This document shows, piece after piece, positions 17,094-24,924 of a DNA stretch of 24,924 bases. A program made the position numbers and the translations under genes. This DNA comes from a virus (taxonomy: Duplodnaviria > Caudoviricetes), in IMG/VR virus record IMGVR_UViG_3300032303_001757, positions 1-24,924 of that record. One strand, given 5' to 3'. Below the pieces are notes generated by a model. That model was not told the origin of the DNA and did not search any database. It saw nothing but the letters and a program-made list of their open reading frames with translations. Numbering within the stretch: the first letter of the stretch is position 1; each line of letters begins with the position of its first letter.

Positions 17094-19358
17094 TTATGTT
17101 AAGGATAGAGATTGGTAAAGTGTATCAAGGATAATATTTTCATAAATTCCCCCACTCTCTATAAGCGCACTAAGCGGTGTCGATTGGCTTATGTTTGTAA
17201 GGTCGAAATTGAGAGTGCTCCCTACTATATTACCTTCATATACAGGATTATGCTCATAAAACGTATAATATACTGATAAATCTGCTGGTATGAATGTTGT
17301 AGGTAGTAGCAACGGCCATCCCCAGTTAGTTGAATATGCAGATAGCTTGTACGGTGACGCGCATAGAGGTTGATAAGAGTTAAGAAGCTTATACTTTTTA
17401 CTAAACTTCTCATATGCTACTATGTTAGCAGAAGGTGTCACTACATACGTTAGTGGGTCTATTTCATCTCCTAAATTTTTACCATACGTATCTTTAGTTG
17501 TTATACCGAACGTATTAAAGTTTTCAGTAAATTTATTAGTCTCACCAAAAAGCTTGTATTTGTTAATAGATAACAAGCTAACAATTCGTGTAATAAGATT
17601 TGGGAATGTACTTAGATTCTTATCGAAGATAGTAGATTTGTAATCCATTATATCTCCGAGAGATATAAGTTTTAATATTTCAGCAGTATCTATATTGACG
17701 TTATTATCAACGAAGTTGTATATTCTCTCGTATATCTTTTTACCTAGCGATTGCGGTGACGATGTCCCATCTCCGAAGATAGTACCAAAGAAATCTTCAA
17801 ATAATACATTTTTATCGATTAGTGATTCTTGGAAAGCTAAGCTCTTGAACATTGCTTCACCATCAAACTCTTCACCGTTCTTATACGGGACGTAGTAGTT
17901 TTTAGGATATATATTGAACGTGTTGGATGCATTTTCAATATCATACTCTGCTAAGCCGAAGTCAGTTACGAGTACTAGATCATCCTCAGTTAATAGCAAT
18001 TCAAATAGCTCTGTGGTAATAGCTGATGGTGATGGCGTTCCTTGATTGTTTACTAGAGATGTAGCTCTAGCGCTTAAAGAAACTCCAGTTATAACATCAG
18101 TTAGCGTATCGCTATACTCCACATACCCACGAAAGTAACCCCCACCTGATAATGAGGATAAAGTATTCTGCAGGCTGTATATAGTATAGGATGAAAGTGG
18201 TATGTTTCCTATTAATGAAACCTGAATTTCATTAGTACTACCTGCTTGATAGATTAGGGGAGGAAAGTTCTTTATTGTATTTTGCTGAGAGTCTTTTATC
18301 TTGACAACAAAATGAATTTTTGAATTTTCAAATTTATTTTTATCAATGGCAAACGATGTACTCACCCCACCATCTCCATCAATACCATTAGATGTAATAG
18401 ACAGGCTATCTATATCTAAATTTTGTGAGATTATACCCGATAGTGTAATACCTAAGGTATTATTAACACCTACAGGCTTTCTCTTGAATGTGAGATTGTA
18501 CCTATTACACGGAAAATCATCTCTATAATAATATGTATCAGACCCTGAATATCCTACCAGTAGAGTATCGATACTAGATACTGGTGTAGTTACTATAGTC
18601 CCGCTTGAGAGCTTAGCGTATACAGCGTTTAAAGGTATTTGTATGGCCTCTATAGGAGTGAACTCAAAACCGCTCAGCGTTGGGGTAAACGTCTTCTTAA
18701 TTAGAGTATTGTATGCCTCGAGGTGATTATACTTATCTTTTTTGAGCTTGTAGTATGTTAAAGTATTGGCTCCACTAACTTCATACAATATTGTTGATGC
18801 TAGTCGGACTTCGTCACCAGTAGGAATGTAAGAAGACAGCACAGAAGTAGAAATAGTAGTAAGCTTATCATCTGGGTTGTAGCTCTTCGGAAGGAAGCCT
18901 GCAGTATTATTTATAACCTTCTCCTCAATAATCACTGTCTTATATCCAGCGGTTCGAGCAGGGATTGTTTGAGTTATAACTATCGGATCAGTTAAAGCAC
19001 CATTTACAGCGCTAAGAATTGTTGCAGAAGTGGTAGCAGTAAATGTATCTTGGATGTAATCCTTTATAGTTACATTTACTGGATTTGTTGAGTATCTAGC
19101 CCGTCCGAAGGAGTCGTATACATATAATGATACTGTATAAACTCCTGGATTACTATACCAATGAGAAGGAGAAAAGTCATTGGATGTCGTATTATCCCCA
19201 AAGTCCCAAACGAGCTTTCTTCCAGAGCTAATACTTGTAGCTATCTGTGGTGTGAATACAAGCGGTGTTATAGATAAATTATACGAGGAAAGCGTTGTAG
19301 TGCTTCCTGTGTAATCTATTACCGTAAAAGGTATATATTCGGATACTATATTACTCAT
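17094..19358 (-). CDS. Baseplate wedge-associated protein with N-terminal PKD domain (754 aa; positional gp7 analogue)
   Basis: Clear PKD signature WDFGDNTTSNDFSPSHWYSNPGVYTVSLYVYD. It directly follows and overlaps gp6 by 8 nt; the gp7 equivalence is positional inference only. Confidence 0.7.
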   Translation of the reverse strand: MSNIVSEYIPFTVIDYTGSTTTLSSYNLSITPLVFTPQIATSISSGRKLVWDFGDNTTSNDFSPSHWYSNPGVYTVSLYVYDSFGRARYSTNPVNVTIKDYIQDTFTATTSATILSAVNGALTDPIVITQTIPARTAGYKTVIIEEKVINNTAGFLPKSYNPDDKLTTISTSVLSSYIPTGDEVRLASTILYEVSGANTLTYYKLKKDKYNHLEAYNTLIKKTFTPTLSGFEFTPIEAIQIPLNAVYAKLSSGTIVTTPVSSIDTLLVGYSGSDTYYYRDDFPCNRYNLTFKRKPVGVNNTLGITLSGIISQNLDIDSLSITSNGIDGDGGVSTSFAIDKNKFENSKIHFVVKIKDSQQNTIKNFPPLIYQAGSTNEIQVSLIGNIPLSSYTIYSLQNTLSSLSGGGYFRGYVEYSDTLTDVITGVSLSARATSLVNNQGTPSPSAITTELFELLLTEDDLVLVTDFGLAEYDIENASNTFNIYPKNYYVPYKNGEEFDGEAMFKSLAFQESLIDKNVLFEDFFGTIFGDGTSSPQSLGKKIYERIYNFVDNNVNIDTAEILKLISLGDIMDYKSTIFDKNLSTFPNLITRIVSLLSINKYKLFGETNKFTENFNTFGITTKDTYGKNLGDEIDPLTYVVTPSANIVAYEKFSKKYKLLNSYQPLCASPYKLSAYSTNWGWPLLLPTTFIPADLSVYYTFYEHNPVYEGNIVGSTLNFDLTNISQSTPLSALIESGGIYENIILDTLYQSLSLT

Positions 19359-21171
19359 CTGTAACTTCTATATAGTTTGCGATTGTTTGAGGGTAAGATA
19401 GATACGGAAACTTAAAGAACGGTAGAGCTGTATCTTTATTTACAAGGGATATATCATCGTCAGGATATAAAGGATTCCATTGAACAAACGACACACCATC
19501 AAAGCGGATATTTTTACTTGTATTTAAAGTATATATACTCTTTATTCCTACCACACTAAGGATATCGGCCGTCAAAGTGGAAAGCGAGATTGTCTGCCCT
19601 AATTCATTATGAGCAGGATCGAAAAAGCTTTTGACTATTTCAACAACTCGTGACTTGAGAGTATCCTTCTGAATTTTGTTATTATTCTCTCTTACAATAA
19701 CTAACTTACAAGAATTGGCTAAGTTTTTATTTAAAGTTGATGCGTTAGATATACCTATCTTATATGCCATATAGATAGGATCACGAGGAACTACTTCAGC
19801 ACATACCATTTTCAGATCTTCAGCTGTGTCCACTAATAAGTTCTTAAATGCTGGAGAAAGGTAGTTAGGAATTTTATCATCAGCTATATTAATAAACTTA
19901 GGTACGCAGAACACATTGACGTTATTAAAGTCGCAGCTATCAGCATAGTTTACCTGGTTGAGTAATACTCTATTGACCTTATTCGGATCTACGCTTATAT
20001 CATAAAAGTAAGATATGTATTGACTTATAAACTCTTCATTAGACGCAACGTATATAGACTGTACAATATTACTAATGTTTTTATTGTAGAAGTTTTCATA
20101 ATCCTTGCTTGTTACAAGTCTAAGATTAGCTGCAACAAATCCTGGTACACTCTTCCGCATTTGCTCAACACTTTCACCTTCACCAGGATTTGTAGAGTTA
20201 ATAGGATTGATTAATGTTATACCTGCACTATTTGTATTATTTACAGTTGTAGATCCTGTGAATACAGCCGTATCACTGTATACAGTTTCGAATAGAGATG
20301 TTGAATATGTGAAGATTTTATTTCCGTCTATCTTATTCTGCGATATAACACCTGCAATGTTATCGCTGAGTAGATAATACACAATAACTTCATCACCCTC
20401 TTCAAGCTGTCTACCGAATACAGTATTACCAAATTTAACTTCGTAATTACCGTTTTCATTCAATCTCAAATCATACACTCTATCATAGCTCTGAGCTAGA
20501 TATAGATTTGAAATTTCGCTGTATTGATAATATTTACCTGTAGCCTTTTCCTTTACATAAACACCAATAGTACCATTAGCTATAAACTTTTCATTAACCC
20601 CGTCTACAATATTAGTAACTACAATTGGAAATGTTTCAAACTCCTCTCCACTAGCAGTATATACTGGATATTGCTCTACTGTACCTTGATATAAAAGAGC
20701 GTTATTAGTTATCGCAGGTATATCTTCATTAGCAGCAGTTACTTTAGAAAAGCTATAATCCTTTAGGAAAGTATATTGAACATCATCTACTAAAACATAT
20801 GAAAATCTTCTCAATACATAGTTACCAGTTGGTAAAGTTGAATTTGCAGTTGCGTCAACTGTGCATATAGATGTCTGCTTTCCAGTAGGCTTATATCCTA
20901 CGAGATTAATTATCTTGTTCATATTCTCATACAGAGATGCTTGAGAAAAAGTAGATTCAGAAGATGTTGTGTTTAGATAGAACGCTAACACATTATAAGA
21001 GTACGATACAATCTCGATTATAGATGATAGATTACTACCATCATATATTTGATCTGTAAATGTACTATTTGTTTTTAGCTTACTTACTATGAAATCTCTC
21101 ATAGTAGTAGCATCAAAAGCGATATAATCGTTTTGTGAAGTTGAAAATGTTGTATTAGTGTTTTGTATCAT
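19351..21171 (-). CDS. gp6: Baseplate wedge subunit, T4 gp6-like (606 aa)
   Basis: FTDQIYDGSNLSSIIEIVSY, ESTFSQASLYEN..LVGYKP, YEVKFGNTVFGRQL, GEGESVEQMR...RLVTSKDYE are gp6/baseplate-J-type motifs; follows gp25. Confidence 0.9.
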   Translation of the reverse strand: MIQNTNTTFSTSQNDYIAFDATTMRDFIVSKLKTNSTFTDQIYDGSNLSSIIEIVSYSYNVLAFYLNTTSSESTFSQASLYENMNKIINLVGYKPTGKQTSICTVDATANSTLPTGNYVLRRFSYVLVDDVQYTFLKDYSFSKVTAANEDIPAITNNALLYQGTVEQYPVYTASGEEFETFPIVVTNIVDGVNEKFIANGTIGVYVKEKATGKYYQYSEISNLYLAQSYDRVYDLRLNENGNYEVKFGNTVFGRQLEEGDEVIVYYLLSDNIAGVISQNKIDGNKIFTYSTSLFETVYSDTAVFTGSTTVNNTNSAGITLINPINSTNPGEGESVEQMRKSVPGFVAANLRLVTSKDYENFYNKNISNIVQSIYVASNEEFISQYISYFYDISVDPNKVNRVLLNQVNYADSCDFNNVNVFCVPKFINIADDKIPNYLSPAFKNLLVDTAEDLKMVCAEVVPRDPIYMAYKIGISNASTLNKNLANSCKLVIVRENNNKIQKDTLKSRVVEIVKSFFDPAHNELGQTISLSTLTADILSVVGIKSIYTLNTSKNIRFDGVSFVQWNPLYPDDDISLVNKDTALPFFKFPYLSYPQTIANYIEVTDE

Positions 21172-21172
21172 G

Positions 21173-21655
21173 TTAGTAATAGCCGTTACTATTTAAGATG
21201 TTCTTAAGAGACACGCCATATATATTTAGCGATGGAACGTCAATTTGAAGGGTTATATCGTATTGTTGATTTTCTCTATCTGGAACAACAGTTACACTAG
21301 AGACAGTTACTCTTGGCTCAAATCTAGGAAGATTTGAAAATATATCACTTCTAATAAAGAATGCTGTATCATTGCTCACAGGCTCGAATAGATAACGTCT
21401 CAAGTCAATGCCATATGTAGGCGACAGTATCTTTTGCCCCGGTGATGTTAAGAAGCATGTTGTTATACTATTTTTAACAGACTCGATGTCATATATAGAT
21501 TTGACATCATTAATAGAGGCTCTAGAGTTGAGATTGTTATTATATTTAAACTCTGTTTTTAAATCTAAGCCAATATCCTTATACAGATATCCACGGCTAA
21601 GAGCCGCGCTACTCTCCTTGGAGGTTGATATATCTGTAAGCTTTAATCTTATCAC
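21173..21655 (-). CDS. gp25: Baseplate wedge/sheath-initiation protein, gp25-like (160 aa)
   Basis: SVKNSITTCFLTSPGQKILSPTYGIDLRRYLFEP ... FEPRV is the GPW/gp25 family pattern. Confidence 0.9.
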   Translation of the reverse strand: MIRLKLTDISTSKESSAALSRGYLYKDIGLDLKTEFKYNNNLNSRASINDVKSIYDIESVKNSITTCFLTSPGQKILSPTYGIDLRRYLFEPVSNDTAFFIRSDIFSNLPRFEPRVTVSSVTVVPDRENQQYDITLQIDVPSLNIYGVSLKNILNSNGYY

Positions 21656-21661
21656 ATATGT

Positions 21662-21669
21662 TATTTATA
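21662..21669 (-). promoter_or_regulatory. T4 late promoter consensus TATAAATA
   Basis: Exact consensus 6 nt upstream of the gp25 GTG and downstream of the gp23 terminator. Confidence 0.8.
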
Positions 21670-21693
21670 GCTAAGATATAACGCCACGTATAT

Positions 21694-21731
21694 AAAAAAG
21701 TTTGCCGGGGGCTCTTCGGCACCCCCGGCAA
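21694..21731 (-). terminator. Rho-independent terminator after gp23
   Basis: 10-bp GC-rich stem TTGCCGGGGG/CCCCCGGCAA (21702-21731) followed on the minus strand by a T6 tract (21699-21694). Confidence 0.9.
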
Positions 21732-21755
21732 TAAAAGTTGTCTAGACTCGATGGT

Positions 21756-23231
21756 TTAGAAGTACACAGATTGCGAACCTGGCGTAAACGCCTGGCCTAG
21801 TCCCTGAACAATAACAACATGGTAGTAGAGGTTGGATCCGAAGATATTGTCAACCACGCCGTATCTTGTAAGCAAGCCGACGCGAGGAGCCATATCGTTA
21901 GGACCGATAGTTCTCTGAACCATGATAGGAATGTAAGGGCAATAGATGATACCTGTATCGTAGAACTCTGGGCCTTTATAGCCAAGAAGTGCATACTCAG
22001 GTGCTGTAGTACCGGAACTATTATAGCCTACTTCGCCGTAGACATTGTAGTTTTGTACTTCAGTACGGGTATCACGGTAAACGCTGAATCTACCACCAAC
22101 TGAACCTACTTTAGCAACACCAACTGGTTGTGTAGACACATCACCTTGAACAGGTACCCACTGGAACTCAGGGAGCATTTCAAGGATTGCGCAAACACGT
22201 GGGGTTGCAACAATGAAGTTAGCAGCACCGCGTCTATTACGAACAGCGATTCTGTTTGCTTCAATGATAAGGCGTTGATAGAAGTCTCTATTACGTTCAA
22301 CCAACCAACGACCATCTGCAGAAGCAGGTGACCAAACAGACCAGCCAGCACCATAGCCACCATTAAGAGCAGCTTGGACCATACGGATGATCATTTCACG
22401 GTCGATTTCTGCTTGGATCTCATAGCTCATCGCATTTGTGATCTCAGCATCGATATCGATACCGTTCATGTTTTTAAGGTCTTGTTCTAGTTCAATCGAC
22501 CAGCGAGCACCAAGTCTACGAGTACCAGCTTCAACAGCTGTTTTCTCAAACTTGACCTCAATTTGAGGAATGTTACCAGTAATTTCAAATGCAGACAAGA
22601 TCTGGGCAGTACCCCTATCAGCAGCATTGAAAGTCCACGGACTACCACCAGTCAGACGGCTCGAAGAGGCGCCTGTAAAGCGGGTGTCGAGGAATTGGTA
22701 ACCTAACTCACCAGTTCCTGGAAGACCAGCAGCACCATTATATGGGCGTGGTCCAGCAGGGCCTGATCCAGCTGTTGCGTTGCTGTTGCCATCAACGCCG
22801 CTACCTAAGAATTCACTTTGGTATGCGTAACGAAGAGCAAATGCAAGACCAACTGGGCCGGACATAGGTTGAACGCCAACAAGTTCGTTGGAAATAAGCT
22901 CTGGGAATGTACGACGAATCATCGGAATCAAGATCTTAGGAAGTCTGGAATCGCCTTGTGCATAGTTATCACCAGAATTGATGGTACCTGTGCCAGGGTT
23001 GAATACTCCGAAGTTTGAACTACCACCACCAAATACACCACCGTTACCCGCGTTGTTCGCTTCGAAGCAGTATTGTTCTTGGTTTTCTAGAAGAATAGCG
23101 GTATTCAGACGTTGACTTTCTTTGATCTCTTTAACAGAATTTGACTGAAAGTCAAGTACAGGCGCCCACTTTTCGAGTAGGGTGTCTGCTCTGTTTTGAT
23201 TGATAAAAGATGCGCTCGAATTAATTTTCAT
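21756..23231 (-). CDS. gp23: Major capsid protein, T4 gp23-like (491 aa)
   Basis: LLEKWAPVL, ILLENQE, IRRTFPELISNELVGVQPMSGPVGLAFALR, ELEQDLKNMNGID, EIQAEIDRE, YCPYIP, GLLTRYG. Confidence 0.98.
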   Translation of the reverse strand: MKINSSASFINQNRADTLLEKWAPVLDFQSNSVKEIKESQRLNTAILLENQEQYCFEANNAGNGGVFGGGSSNFGVFNPGTGTINSGDNYAQGDSRLPKILIPMIRRTFPELISNELVGVQPMSGPVGLAFALRYAYQSEFLGSGVDGNSNATAGSGPAGPRPYNGAAGLPGTGELGYQFLDTRFTGASSSRLTGGSPWTFNAADRGTAQILSAFEITGNIPQIEVKFEKTAVEAGTRRLGARWSIELEQDLKNMNGIDIDAEITNAMSYEIQAEIDREMIIRMVQAALNGGYGAGWSVWSPASADGRWLVERNRDFYQRLIIEANRIAVRNRRGAANFIVATPRVCAILEMLPEFQWVPVQGDVSTQPVGVAKVGSVGGRFSVYRDTRTEVQNYNVYGEVGYNSSGTTAPEYALLGYKGPEFYDTGIIYCPYIPIMVQRTIGPNDMAPRVGLLTRYGVVDNIFGSNLYYHVVIVQGLGQAFTPGSQSVYF

Positions 23232-23239
23232 ATGCTTTA

Positions 23240-23277
23240 TTTTTTTCCTTTCAAAAAAACTCAGGTCACTAAGACCT
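23240..23277 (-). promoter_or_regulatory. Structured gp23 leader: short hairpin, U7 tract, SD-like GAAAGGA, A7 tract
   Basis: Minus strand AGGTC-TTAGT-GACCT-GAG-TTTTTTT-GAAAGG-AAAAAAA-TAAAGCAT-ATG. Confidence 0.55.
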
Positions 23278-23296
23278 CATTGTTCAGGGAGAATCT

Positions 23297-24160
23297 TTAC
23301 CGAGCTCTTTCAAGCTCTTGAAGATAAATATTTCTTTGTGGGTTAGAGGGTTGAGGCCGAACTTGAACTTTCTCCTTAAATACAGGAGCATCAGCTTTCA
23401 CTTTACGGGTTTCATATGCCTCTTCTTTAAGAAGATCAAGGCGTTCCGACTCTTTACGTTCAAAAAGTTTCAAAGTATAATCGAAGTTTTCGTTAATGAA
23501 CGCTGGCGATTTGTCACCAAGCACTCTCTTGATATACTCCTTTTTCTTATCAGACAAGCCTGCAGTCTTACTCTCAAGAACAAGAGCGGCTTTAGTCTTA
23601 TTGTAGCCTTCTTTAAGGATTTTATTCTCCTTAGAGAGTTGCTGAACTTGTCCTTCGAGGACGTCAATTCTTTGCTTACCATCAAGAAGACCTTCTTTAA
23701 CTGACTCAGACATAATAACTGAATCAACTGCAAGAACTTTACGTAGACCAGAAAGAACTTTTATTGCAGTCTTATTCTTTGTCGCTTCGCTAATTGCACT
23801 TGCTGGAATTGCTTCATCCAAGAACTCTTCGAGATAGTTGGAAATTTGCTCAACAAGAACAGATTTAAATCTTTTAGCTTCTACCCCTACTTCTTTATTA
23901 TGCTTCTCGATTAGCCTTTTAAGCTTCTTAGCTCTATCTAGATCGATACTACTAACAATAGTTTTAAGCTTTGCTGAGTGATCCTTATCAATCGCTTCAA
24001 TAAGGCGATCTAGCTTAGCAGCATATAGATCATCTTGTTGAGTAAGAGCAGCTTCAACCATAAGGTCTGCTTTCTCTTTAAAAGCAGCTTCGATAGACTG
24101 TACTGACTCCTCCGACAATACTTGTGCAGCTTCGTTGTTAAGTAGTTGTTTGACTTTCAT
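23297..24160 (-). CDS. gp22: Prohead core scaffold protein, T4 gp22-like (287 aa)
   Basis: Coiled-coil, E/K-rich, with LVEQISNYLE and many (I/L)xE cleavage motifs; directly upstream of gp23. Confidence 0.88.
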   Translation of the reverse strand: MKVKQLLNNEAAQVLSEESVQSIEAAFKEKADLMVEAALTQQDDLYAAKLDRLIEAIDKDHSAKLKTIVSSIDLDRAKKLKRLIEKHNKEVGVEAKRFKSVLVEQISNYLEEFLDEAIPASAISEATKNKTAIKVLSGLRKVLAVDSVIMSESVKEGLLDGKQRIDVLEGQVQQLSKENKILKEGYNKTKAALVLESKTAGLSDKKKEYIKRVLGDKSPAFINENFDYTLKLFERKESERLDLLKEEAYETRKVKADAPVFKEKVQVRPQPSNPQRNIYLQELERAR

Positions 24161-24163
24161 ATA

Positions 24164-24478
24164 TTAAAAAAGTGGATCGTTAAGAGAGGAGGCAATACGT
24201 GCTTTAATCTTCTCGTTTATAACCGCTCTTAAGTATTTATGCGCAAGAGCGTATTTTCTATCAGAAACTGAACCGATAAATTGGGTAATGTGTTTAGATT
24301 CATGCATTGAAACCTTTTTAGCTTTCTTAGTAGGCTTTTTGGTAGCTTTCTTAGTAGGCTTCTTTTTAGCTGACTTAACAGCTTGCTTCATTGGCTCCTT
24401 CTTATTACCATCTTTATCCATATCTAGATAATCAGGCTTGGCCTTTTTAGCTTTACTCTTATGTACCTTCTTTACCAT
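24164..24478 (-). CDS. Small Lys-rich protein with DxDxDG motif, probable prohead core/internal protein (104 aa)
   Basis: DYLDMDKDGNKKEPMK motif and KKPTKKA repeats; located between gp21 and gp22 with its own TATAAATA. Confidence 0.8.
   Translation of the reverse strand: MVKKVHKSKAKKAKPDYLDMDKDGNKKEPMKQAVKSAKKKPTKKATKKPTKKAKKVSMHESKHITQFIGSVSDRKYALAHKYLRAVINEKIKARIASSLNDPLF
24319..24361. repeat. 19-bp direct repeat with 24-bp period (KPTKKA x2)
   Basis: tagctttcttagtaggctt at 24319-24337 and 24343-24361. Confidence 0.85.
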
Positions 24479-24484
24479 AATAGT

Positions 24485-24492
24485 TATTTATA
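24485..24492 (-). promoter_or_regulatory. T4 late promoter consensus TATAAATA
   Basis: Exact consensus 6 nt upstream of ATG 24478; likely drives the 104-aa gene, gp22 and gp23. Confidence 0.8.
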
Positions 24493-24532
24493 CGATGTGG
24501 TGATTATTTTTCTAAATTTGAATATACAAAGC

Positions 24533-24924
24533 TTAGAAATTCCTAATAAACGCCAATATTCTTTCTTTCAAGAATCTATCTACATCTTTTTTCGGCATGC
24601 GCTTAATAGACCTTTCAAAGTTTTCATATACCTCTTCAAATTTACCACTATCAGCTAGAACCCATTGTTTAGATTCGAGAATACCATTAACGAATGCTTT
24701 CGGGAACGATGGATCTGCAACGCAGTCAACAGCTACCAATTTAAGGTTTCTAACTGTGTTGTAACCTACACCTTCTTCAAGTGTACCAAGAGCTCTTGAA
24801 GACATCCCAACTTTTACACCATCATTAACTAATGACTTAACGATAAGACCACAAGGTGTTGAGAGTACTTTTGACTTGCCATAGAAAACATTATCTTGTT
24901 CATACAAATCAGTTACCATATGGC
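24533..24924 (-). CDS. gp21: Prohead core protease, T4 gp21-like, C-terminal part (5' end beyond the window)
   Basis: GKSKVLSTPCGLIVKSL..GVKVGMSSRALG (catalytic Ser region), DCVADPSFPKAFVNGILES; the frame is open to the right edge. Confidence 0.95.
   Translation of the reverse strand, partial: HMVTDLYEQDNVFYGKSKVLSTPCGLIVKSLVNDGVKVGMSSRALGTLEEGVGYNTVRNLKLVAVDCVADPSFPKAFVNGILESKQWVLADSGKFEEVYENFERSIKRMPKKDVDRFLKERILAFIRNF

Noticed and set aside
21756-23231. Intron or intein in gp23 (Gly-rich internal segment)
   Set aside because: The frame is continuous, the length is normal, there are no intein termini, and the segment falls in the variable insertion region of gp23.
556-24535. Stop-codon reassignment (no accepted gene ends in TAG; TGA only in three ATGA overlaps)
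   Set aside because: Genes are full length and tightly packed under the standard code with no in-frame TAG/TGA. Zero TAG among 22 stops is unremarkable in an AT-rich phage.
1397-24658. Numerous 60-130 aa ORFs nested in or antisense to long genes (e.g. 1749-2015, 13757-14149, 15544-15897, 23318-23704)
   Set aside because: They overlap well-supported genes, have shadow-like composition and lack initiation signals.

Overview
The window is a gene-dense, AT-rich fragment of a large T4-like (myovirus-type) bacteriophage genome, almost entirely encoded on the minus strand. In transcription direction (right to left) it holds: the 3' part of the prohead protease gp21, a small Lys-rich protein, scaffold gp22, major capsid protein gp23, an intrinsic terminator, baseplate gp25 and gp6, and a ~16.5 kb run of Ser/Thr-rich baseplate/tail/adhesin-like genes (PKD-like, LamG-like and lectin-like domains; two paralogous fibre genes with Mtd_N-like starts). 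Then come several small ORFs, two candidate internal head proteins and the 5' part of a gp41-type helicase. No tRNA, CRISPR, intron or mobile element is visible. The most notable patterns are: (1) a T4-late-promoter-like TAAATA motif 5-7 nt upstream of nine start codons with no Shine-Dalgarno, implying a largely leaderless expression programme; (2) strong enrichment of an L-S-[A/G/S] tripeptide in tail/baseplate-region proteins, a candidate modification sequon; (3) a 22-Cys, Gly-linker- and repeat-containing extension on a baseplate-region protein, next to a perfect 16-bp palindrome; (4) a structured leader in front of gp23. All family calls are by motif recognition only; no searches were run.
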